DNA of 64,000 nucleotides from Octopus bimaculoides (taxonomy: Eukaryota): NCBI RefSeq assembly GCF_001194135.2, contig NC_068981.1, positions 9,689,462 through 9,753,461 on the forward strand. Direction: 5' to 3'. Position 1 is the stretch's first letter, and each line of letters starts with the position of its first letter. The notes under the pieces were generated by a model. The model did no database searches. It worked only from the letters and a program-made list of their open reading frames with translations, and was not told where the DNA came from. The translations under genes were made by a program, and so were the position numbers. Of the stretch, positions 49,722 to 59,629 are shown piece after piece.

Positions 49722-52689
49722 TACATATATAATTCATAAAAAAGGAAATTAAACCAACAGAAACAATGTTGATAAATTTATTCAAGGCAACATCTATAGA
49801 GACATTCTTTTCCATGTTGCATCCACAATAAATATCATGAAAGGTTTTAATTGAATGTTATATTTTGTTTTCATTTAGTATCTATGGCCACACCTCTGAT
49901 TAATGTAACGTTTTGAAGTTGGATATAACTATAGCTTCTTTAGAATTGTTATTGTCTAGAAAATAGCGAGCTAACGAACCACTTGTCAAATTTATAAAGA
50001 ATCCCTTACTTCTATATTCTACAGTACCTTCAGGTATTGATATAACGCAAAGTTTTTTAAAAGTAGACGAGAATTTGTAAAAGCTTCGCTTTGTGTTACT
50101 TTGATCCAATTTGTCTTTTCAGCAGCAAATGCATTGATGATAAAATTGAATAATCACATATTATGTTACATGTTCCCACTCTATGATCAAACACTTCACA
50201 GACCAAATGCTTAATATGAAAAATACGCTAAACAAAAGATAAAAAGAAACCCATTCTATACAATTTACCTGTATTATACTCTAATACATCGCATGAAGAT
50301 TGTAGTAACAGGAATATTGCGACATGTAAATAAATAGCGAGTTAGTAGCGTTTGGTTTTACTGCAAATACAACACGAACCTCAATAGGAAATCGAGATGT
50401 GTCTTAATCATTAGAATATTCATTAGCATGGTAGTTCGTTACTACACCTCCAACCATAGAAAATATTTCCCATATGGTTGCTTTCTACATTTAGGAATGA
50501 CATAATGGTGTGCAATTTTCGATGACCAAATTTTTCGTAACCTATAATTTCTAGAGTATTGTTCGTATCATTATACGTTGTGTGAACATTTGTATAAAAT
50601 ACCTTCATTATTTTTAATTATATGAATTCTTCCTATGAAGAAGGAAACAATCCTTCAGCCCTAGAAGGTTGATAACAAAGATGAAGAGCTACACATTGAA
50701 TATAATCTTGCATATTCGTACTGTGCTGCTTACAGATTATAAATCGCGTCTAAATACGTATGTAAGCATGTGTTTGCATACGTGCTGCTGCAGCCTTTTC
50801 TTCCTTCAGATTGTTCCGTTCGTTCAAGATGAGATAATCAAGAGGACCATTTATGTCTGCTTGCAGCAGCATAAACACTTGCAACAACTGGCGAAAGCGC
50901 ATGGTTTATGCTATCAAGTTTTAGAAGCTTCGCTGACACCGCTATGCTCTTGGGCGCGCGCTGAGCTCCACTAGTGTCTAATCACGTTGCTTCAAATTGT
51001 AGTTACAAGACAGATAGAAGATATTTCTTTACTGTACAATGAAAGTGCTGGTTATATGAATACATATTTGGGTATATATTCATATTTCCAGTACCCACAT
51101 GATACATTATTATTGAGTATATATATAGCATTCTTCGTTAAATATTATGCTATCGATCGGTAAATTGTCAGATTAGTTCGTAAATCATTTTTATATTAGA
51201 AACATGTATATACAGTTATTTGGGTCGCACCCCATGCTCGTGTCGCGAAATAATGTGTTAACCTGGACAAGGTGACTCTTGATTCGGGGCAACATTTTTC
51301 TAGCAACAATATGAAGCAACAAAAACACTGTAATCATTAAGTTAACAGACAAAGTATTTGTCTGTCAGCTTCATGTTCCTGTTTTAACCAGAACTGATCA
51401 CATCCTCTGCAAGTTTCCTTTAAAACAAGTCATAAAGTATTCATTATATACGTAATATATACAGTTTAGACAAACTGTATACAGCTTTTATATCGGATTC
51501 TGGAGTTAATTGCTAAGTAGTTTTTTAATCAGTTTAGTGTTTCCTTCTTTATTAATAACCTTAAATCTATTTATGCCAGCATAGTTGATCCTCATTTATC
51601 CAACCTCAGCTTCACAAGACCTTTACCGAAAATGTAAAACTTTTAAAGTTATATTGAACTATAAGGTCTCTATCTAGTGATTGTCTTATGTGTTCTCTCC
51701 AGCAACAATCGATGAGCATTTTCATTAATGTCTTGGGTATAGCAACAAATATTCAGATCCGATTCTGCATGCTATGCTACATTTTGGTTTATTCTTAAGC
51801 TGACTTAATTAAAGATCAAGTTTTTCTTAATATGATTTCAGATAGTTAATTGATGAGGTTTTAACAATTTGGTAACTGTCATACTTTAGAGTTACCGCCG
51901 ACCACAGATCTAAATATACATCTCGTATGTATACGCCTGGGAAAGATGTTTTGAGGAAGATCCATGCAAGCAAATCTTACATTTCCATGCCACCGATGTT
52001 TATCCACCAAATTGAGCTAATACAGCTTGGTACCGGTGCCATCACAGGAGTTGCTGTTGAAACTCAAAGAATCAGAACAAATACCACAAGGCATCTTAGC
52101 GGACCCTCTAACAGTTCTACCAATCCACCGCCTGGATCGATTCTTTTTCAATCAATCCCGAAAAGATAACAAGCAAAGTTGACGTCAGTGGGATTCGAAC
52201 TCAGAGAGTTGGAACAAATAACTTAACGCATTCTATTCACCACTCTGACCCAGCCAATTCAGTGCGTTTTGATTCATATTGACGCAGATTAACTCCAAGA
52301 AAATTCTATGCTACCCACACACATATACTTCTATAATTGATTCTCCTTTCCATTGTTTACGTAATTGTTACCATTTTCTGCTGTCATTATTGTTCTGATG
52401 TCTAGTCAAGTTGCTTGCAGTAATGACTCTCCACCCATTTAAAGAATCGTATTTCGTATCGCATACAACTTTGTAAAATGGATTTTGATGGAAAGGTTTC
52501 TCCGATTCGAAGTAATCAAAAGAATGGCTATTGGCATAAATGTGGGAGTGACAGTTATATTACATTTAATTATTAGTTGCCTACACTAAAATTTCTGAAT
52601 ACAGCAGTCGTGCCAAGTCAGTGAGAGGTGAAGGCATTGATCCAATATTTTTTGAAGTTAAACCGCATTAAAAACGATGTACGAGATTT

Positions 52690-53048
52690 TCCAAACGAAT
52701 TTAGATAAAGCTCGAGGTTTTTTTTTTCACTCAAAAAGTATGCTTCCGGTTTCAATTTAAATTTCTCAAACCTGGTTGTTAGTACTCCGAGTTCTCCTAC
52801 ATCTACTAGGATAACAATTACTCTCCTCATTGCTTACATTCTTGCAATTTCGACTTTCAGTAGTCTGTATTTCTCCACCTATTCGAGCTCTTTGTCATTT
52901 ACACGCGCATCCCCATCTCTGGCAATATCTATGGTCTTGTTTTCCTTTTATCCACCGCAACAATGTCTGGTCTCCGGGCATCGATTAGGAAGTCGCTTTG
53001 GATTGTAAAATACCACAGGATCTTATATTCATTGTTCTCAGTAACGCC
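52690..53048 (-). mobile_element. R4/Dong-like non-LTR retrotransposon remnant, restriction-like endonuclease (REL) region
   Basis: VTENNEYKILWYFTIQSDFLIDARRPDIVAVDK...IDIARDGDARVNDKELE*VEKYRLLKVEIARM*AMRRVIVILVDVGELG, the RPD...ID...EK..KY REL signature. Confidence 0.85.
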
Positions 53049-53516
53049 TTATTATTATTTTCAGATTGATATTCATTTTATTTCATCTTCCGACCGGATT
53101 TCAACCAGAGACCTAAAATACGCATATATTAAATGGGTAGAAACTTCCTGAGAGTGTGGGTGGTTGATATCAACACAATGTTTTGAGCCTCATAGATTCT
53201 TGGTTTCTTAGGGTTCTGGTCAAAAATGTGTCACCTTTCCCAAGGACACCTACAGCAACAGGGATGATTTTGGCTTTCAGTTGTCACGTCCTAGATATCT
53301 CTATCTCAAGATTATCATATTTCAACAGATTTTAAAATTCTTTTGCTGAGATGTTTCTATCAGTAGGCATTGTCATATCAATTAACATGCATTTTTTTTT
53401 TGTCTAACAGGCATGTTTTTGATGACAATGTCTAGTCTAGTTCTATATTTAAGAGGCGAGGAATTATGTACATAATTTATATTTGACGGATATTTGTCCT
53501 CATCTTGTTTGTTGTT

Positions 53517-53555
53517 AACACAACGTTTCGGCAGAAATACCCTTCATCAGGTGTC
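53517..53555 (-). ncRNA. Minimal type-I hammerhead-ribozyme-like motif (left arm)
   Basis: Minus strand GACAC-CTGATGA-AGG-GTATTTCTG-CC-GAAAC-GTT-GTGTT. Core intact; stem II shortened by a deletion. Confidence 0.6.
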
Positions 53556-53818
53556 TTTGGAAAATTTCTAGCCTGGTTCTCATTCCTAAGGTATATTTCG
53601 ATGTTGTTATTATTCAGGTAATTGCCTAGAATCGAACTGAGAATCTTGGGGTTAGTGGCTCGCGCTCTTAACCATTACGCCCACGGACATGGCGTAGTGG
53701 TTGAGAGCGCGGGCTACTAACCCCCAGATTTTGAGTCCTATTCAAGGCAGTGACCTGAATAATAATAACATCGAAAAATACCTTAGGAATGAGAACCCAG
53801 GTTCGAAATTTCCCCCAA

Positions 53819-53864
53819 GACACCTGATGAAGGCTGGAGAGTATATCAACCGAAACATTGTGTT
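53819..53864 (+). ncRNA. Minimal type-I hammerhead-ribozyme-like motif (right arm)
   Basis: GACAC-CTGATGA-A-GGCTG...CAACC-GAAAC-ATT-GTGTT. Stem I is GACAC/GTGTT; stem II pairs 4 of 5; the G of the GTT triplet is mutated to A. Confidence 0.6.
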
Positions 53865-54125
53865 AACAACAAACAAGATGAGGACAAATATCGTTCAAAT
53901 GTAAATAATGTAATTTCTAGTGTGTTAGCATTTATTTGCCTACCTGTTTGTATCCCATAGGATGGTAACACTCTTTCCCTTAGTAACTTTCTCTGGATGG
54001 TGTTCATGCCAGCTCTTGAGGTGCAGGATATCTTAATGACGGCATATGCTCTACTGCAGGTATTGGCCAACTCGATCATGCCTGGCTTTATAGGGGCAAA
54101 CACTGAGAAGCTGGCAACGATGTGG

Positions 54126-54323
54126 TCAATAGGCACAAGGTCTGAAATTTGGAGGAGGGGGATAGTCGATTACATCAACCCCAGAGTTTCATTGGAACTT
54201 AATTTATCGACCCCGAAAGGATCAAAGGCAAAGTCGACCTCGGCGGAATTTGAACTCAGAACGTAAAGACAGACGAAATACCGCTTAGCATTTCGCCAGG
54301 CGTGCTAACGAGCTCGCCGCCTT
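54126..54323 (-). mobile_element. SINE family A, near full length
   Basis: Core and head match. Confidence 0.92.
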
Positions 54324-54354
54324 AATAATAACGACAACAATAATAATAGTAATT

Positions 54355-54425
54355 TTTAATTTGGGCACAAAGCCAGCAATTTCAGGAGAGGGGCAAGTCT
54401 GTTACATCGCCTTCGGTGCTCAACT
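54355..54425 (-). mobile_element. SINE family A 3' fragment
   Basis: TTTGGGCACAAAGCCAGCAATTTCAGG...GTGCTCAACT. Confidence 0.6.
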
Positions 54426-55194
54426 AAGTCTACACTTGTCTGCTCAACAAAGTCTACATTTTGTGTCTACCTCATTGTATGTGACATTCGCTTGACAGTT
54501 CCGAATGAGGAAACTGGGGCCGATGTAATAGCAATTCTGAGAGAGGAGAAAGTCTAGGTGACGAAAGACCTTTGACAACTCTAACTGACTGAATGATATA
54601 TCAAACAAGCGAGTAGCTAATTGATTAAATGTTCAGAGTTTACTACTACTAATAAAAGTGAAACTGGCCCAGTTCCTGTGTTTATTATTGGCATAAGAAC
54701 CCTCCCGATGCTCAAGATCCTATGATTGTCAGTTAAAATTAATTTCTTTATTTTTCTCTCTTAAATAATTGTTTACGAATCTAGAATGGTCAAATACTTA
54801 GCGGCTAACTTATGATTTATTCGTACTCTAGATATTAACTTTCAATGATGCACAGAATGAAGGTAAAGTATTCTATGAAAAAACAGGTAAAATACTATTG
54901 AACCTGCTCCATGGGAAACTTCTAGGTTGAAAGAGGGGGGGGGGTTATATCATATAATTTTCCTTCTCCTAATCCTTTTCGGGTGAGGAGTAGGTGTTTG
55001 GGTATTGTTCACATACGTGAGCTTCTCAGTAAACCTGCTCCTAGCCAAAGCGTCGTTGTAGTGGGGCCCTATTAAAGATCCCTCTATTGGCCGAGAGATT
55101 AGACAGTCGTTTACTAATGCCTGGAAACAGGTTTCTAAATACAACGGTGGGATGGTGCTCCAGATTGTCTGCAATGGAGAAACAATCACTACCG

Positions 55195-55593
55195 TACACG
55201 CTGAGGAATATACAAATACGTCCAACGAAAATCAACTTGATGTGACTTGAGAAGGCGGAAAGTATCATGAAACGGATGCGCTGGAACGCTTTCCCCTCCG
55301 AGAATCAATCCACTACTACATCTACAGTTAAATTCGGCTTCAAATCTTGAAAGTGTCCCCCACCCATGTATGAAAGTTCTTGAGAGACTGACCTATCCAA
55401 CATTGTAAAGAAGGTAAGGTTTCGGCACTATTCTAACCCCTTCCGTAAACCCCTAAATGACTATGTGACCTGAACTAAACAATCACCCAACATACACACC
55501 CTCGCAGACAAAACAAAGAGCATTGACGAAATAAACACTTCTGCACACTCAAGACTTCTTTCAACTTCCATCACCAAACCATACAAGAAAACC
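55195..55593 (+). mobile_element. PLE ORF remnant, N-terminal region
   Basis: YTLRNIQI..*LEKAESIMKRMRWNAF; after a frameshift KFGFKS*KCPPP..ETDLSNIVKKVRFR..LADKTKSIDEI..LLSTSITKPYKKT. Confidence 0.75.
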
Positions 55594-56977
55594 CGTAATT
55601 CCATATACAATGACACAGTCTTCAAAATCATTTGGACGGGAAAAATATGAATTCTGTAGACGATGTTAGAACAGTACTGGAGGAGTATTCTTTGTTATGG
55701 ACAAGTAAATTCTGGCAGAGCGTCTTTGAAAATCTACCAGATAGACGGAAAATAATTGTAGAAAATGAAGGGGTATAGTTTAGATTAAAAAAAGATGTTT
55801 ATCTTAATTTTGAAAAATAAAAGTATAAAAAAACGCATTATTTATGAGATGACCCAACGTGTGTGTGTGTTTGTGTACGTGTGTGTTTGTGTACGTGCGT
55901 GTGTGTGTGTGAGAGAGAGAGAGAAGGGGAAATTCATACCAAAGTCTATGATTAACAGTATGTATTTAATAGTTTGTTTTTTTTACAAAAATTATTTTAA
56001 ATGCTTAAATACAAAACAATATCGAAAACAAAACTAAACATGTTATTTTTTCGGTCTGCTTTTGGCGACATCGTATATTTTTGGAACAACTTTTGAAAAA
56101 TGTAATATCAGGAAAAGATTAATGGTTAGCTATGCAAATGTAACATCTGTTGGTGTGGTAAAAGTAGGTTAAGGAGAAGAATGCCTGACTGATGACAGTA
56201 CCGGAAGAAAGAAATACAATGGATAATGAAAATGTGAAATAAACGTTTTTAGATAAGATAGGAAATCACAAGAGAATATGACATGCAATATTCAGTGGAG
56301 TTCAGCTTGTTAAGTTGTCAATAGCAACTACCTTTGCAAATATTTGATGCCTAAATGTTAGCATTAAAATAGACTCACGGGAAATTGTAAAATGAACCCG
56401 ATCTAGTGGTTAATTCAAAATATAAATGATTCACCAATGAAAATACAGTTTTATTGTCATTGTAACCAGAAAATAGAAAGATAGTTGAATACATTAAAAG
56501 TCTTTGATAAATGGCAACATGGTTAGTTAGCGAAATACTCATGGAAAAGGTTTAGTTTGGTAGAGAAGTGAAGCACCTGGGTGATTCATCGAGAAATTAC
56601 AGATTGTTTATTATAATCTGTACAATAGTTTCTTAAATACGCATGGAACATCTGCTGAATTGTGAGAAATGACCGCAAAAATCGATAAACATAAAATTGC
56701 TGTGAAATTATAGTCTTCGCATAAATATATCAACTCACAGAGAAATTTATTAGTCAAAAGAAAAGCACACCTCATAAACGTGAGAACGTTAGTCGTGTGA
56801 GCTCTCTGTCAACACTTTTCTGTTGTATTTAATTATCTTTTGTTACATATAATGGTTAGAAGTTAATTAGTCGAGTTAAACTATACTTTCATATATGATG
56901 TTAAATGTGTTAAAGCCACATGTTCGTGATAGTCAGGAGCAGAACTTGGTAAAGTTTTTCTTTTAATATGAATACTG

Positions 56978-57125
56978 TCCAAATGGTAAGAAGTGTGCTT
57001 TGCAATCTTGGGTTTCTGGGTTCGATCTAATTGCATAGCATTTTTGCCTGATATTATTTTCTGTAGGCTAGGTTTTCTCAGTGCCTTGTGAGTGAATTTT
57101 ACTTGACGGAATCTGTATACAAGAC
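56978..57125 (+). mobile_element. Degenerate family B SINE 5' part
   Basis: GGTAAGAAG...GGGTTCGATC...GCCTTGTGAGTGAATTT...GACGGAA. Confidence 0.55.
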
Positions 57126-58961
57126 AACTGAGTGGATTGTAACTGTAGACTGAATGACACAGACTGTGTCACGCTTGAGAATTCTGTTAAGGGCCCACAT
57201 ATCCGAGGAATACTCTGTCTCTTCCATATAAGTCTTGTCAGCTGGTAGTTCAGCAGAACGAACAACTGAGTCCACATCGTCAAAAAACGACGAAGGACCA
57301 TTCGTCCATTCAACCAACCAACCAACCAACCACCCACCGGAAAAAATTAACTAAAACTCTGAATTCAATATAGACTGTAATTATACCATCTCAGTAATCA
57401 ATATATCTATTTCGTTTATACATATTATACCAACGGTACAATTACCTGTAGAGGGTGTTATATAGATATATATCACGAATCTTTTTTCTCTTTCTTAATT
57501 GGTCAAATTAGTTAGCAATAAGTCTTGACACAAGAGAAGTGGAAAGAGTGAATAAGTGTTATCAGCCACTATCTATATAACAGATAATATATGCTGTCAA
57601 ACTTGATATAAACTTACATTGGGTTGCAAGTCTACTTTGAACGTCATCCGCCAATTCAAAAGTATTTTCTTCAATCTGATATCACGCAAACACTGAATAC
57701 TCTGAGACAAAATGTATATAGGCGATATATGTCTTGGTTTGGCTGATTGGTTCCCAGAACATCACTATGAAACACCCTAACAACACTTATGGCGTGCTCA
57801 GAAGAATAGACTGTTACTTTCAAATCTATGGCCCGTCCGCTCTCTTCTCCCAGTCTGTACCTATGCTTCAGCGCTAAGGCTCAACTGATAACACAAGGAA
57901 AAACGTTTTCTCTTTAACCTGAGATCCTCAAATTTCTTTCTCACACTCACTTTTAAGATGCTGCTCGCCCCTGTTGATGCTATGAAGATTGTTCTAGATC
58001 TAATTTTGTACGCTTGTGGTGGTGTGAGTACATTATAACAGGCTTGTTAGTGTGAGTACATTATATACGCCTTTGTGCTGTGTCCCCACATTTTCTCAGA
58101 CTAACATGTATATATAGTAATCTAGGTCCTGGTGCGTTAGAAAATCGGCGTATTCCTAATGCAGTACTCCCCACAACTATCTGGTTATCTACATCCTCAT
58201 ATTGGAGCTCAACCAAAGGTTTTCGTAAACCTGAGGTTACGGAAGAAGACATTTGAACAGGGTAATCGAACAACAAATCCACCCATTTAGTAACCAACAA
58301 GCTCCTTAGTTATATACATCCATGCTTACGCTCACTATTAATGCCTTTTCAGGTTTTAACGTTACACAGTCACTTTTTATTTTATCCAATATATATAGAA
58401 ACATTGTACCTAGAAAAAAAAAAAGCAATAACGTATTCTGAATATATTTACCAATAATCTAATCTATAGTAGATAGTAATTAATTACATCACTTATGCCT
58501 TTCAGTGTAAGCTAATGAACTCATAACAATGAGGCATTTGTTAAGGATTGGTAATATCATATTTCAGTTTATACATGAATAAATATGACATTAAATGTGG
58601 TTATGGGAATATGTGTTTTGAAAGCACTCCTTCTTTTACGCTTAATATAATTGAACTTAAAATATAAATTAGCCTCTAATAGAAATGTCTGAGGAAATTA
58701 ATTTACTGTTATGTGGCTGCATTGGTTGGGCAGAAAAGGTTTTGACATTATTTTATACATTATTGTTTAAATCATTTCCGAAACCATAACTGCCTTTCAG
58801 AAACTCCTAGATCGATAGAATTTTCATTAGATTGTTTTCATCGACCTCTTAAGTGCTAAAGACAGAATCAAATCTCGAGATGACCAGTGTGGTTGGTGTA
58901 ATAAACAGCTCATTAACATGTCACATATCTCTTTAACATATTAATATTTATCTACAGAAAA

Positions 58962-59404
58962 CGGCGGCAAGCTAGCAGAATCGTCTGCACGCCGCTCAAA
59001 TTGCTTAGTGGTATTTCGCCCGTTTTCACATTCTGAGATCAAATTCCGCCAAGGTCGACTCTGCTTTTCATTTTTTCGGAGTCGATAAAATAAGAATCAG
59101 TTGATCACTGGGGTCGATGTCATTGACTTACCCCATCCATTGAAATTACTGGAATTGAGCAAACATTGAATTCAATATTTATCTACAAAAGGTGGTGAGC
59201 TGGCAGAATCGTTATCACGCCGGGCGAAATGCTTAGTGGCGTTTCGCCCGATCTTACGGACTGAGTTCAAATTCCGCTGAGGTCGACTTTACCTTTCGCC
59301 CTTTCGGGGTCGATATAATAAGTACCAGGTGAGCATTGAGACCGATGTAATCGACTTAACCCCTCTCTCAAAATTGCTAGCCTTGTGCCAAAATTTGAAA
59401 CCAT
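58962..59404 (+). mobile_element. Tandem pair of SINE family A copies (58962-59175 and 59190-59404), bounded by three copies of TATTTATCTACA
   Basis: The 12-mer occurs at 58945-58956, 59176-59187 and 59405-59416. Confidence 0.9.
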
Positions 59405-59629
59405 TATTTATCTACAGAGGTGTTGCTCACTGGCTCTTGTTCTCTACAAGATTGTGTTTGATTTTTTGTTTTTCAGTTTCATTCGCTGTAGACATCTCTC
59501 GGCTGTAACCCAGACTTTAAAAACCACATAAAAAATAAGATTTTACGAGAGTGTAATTATAATTGCTGCAGTTGGTACATTTAACATTTTTCAGTTGTCA
59601 ATTAAAATATCTACATCATGAAATGGCAT

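Larger units (their letters stand above)
53469..53912. mobile_element. Head-to-head palindromic element: two arms of tRNA-like head, short (AAT)n, body and hammerhead-like motif
   Basis: 53469-53681 is the reverse complement of 53691-53912 apart from substitutions and small indels; 9-nt spacer. A-box TGGCGTAGTGG at 53690-53700; B-box-like AGTTCGATTC in the left arm. Confidence 0.9.
53138..54125 (-). mobile_element. Second R4/Dong-like remnant (CCHC-adjacent region to C-terminus), split by the palindromic insert
   Basis: 54136-53913: IDHIVASFSVFAP...YGIQT...NTLEI. 53440-53138: RLDIVIK..KCMLIDMTMPTDRNISAKEF*NLLKYDNLEIEISRT*QLKAKIIPVAVGVLG...EAQNIVLISTTHTLRKFL. Confidence 0.8.

Noticed and set aside
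53691-53755. Possible tRNA gene (anticodon loop CTACTAA)
   Set aside because: There is no closed acceptor stem, the B-box is damaged in this arm, and it continues into a repeat body; it is a SINE-type head.
59491-59520. Minus-strand GTCTG-GGTTA-CAGCC-GAGA-GAT-GTC just 3' of the GIY-YIG remnant, in a position expected for a PLE hammerhead
   Set aside because: No CUGANGA core and GAAA is altered; too degenerate to support.
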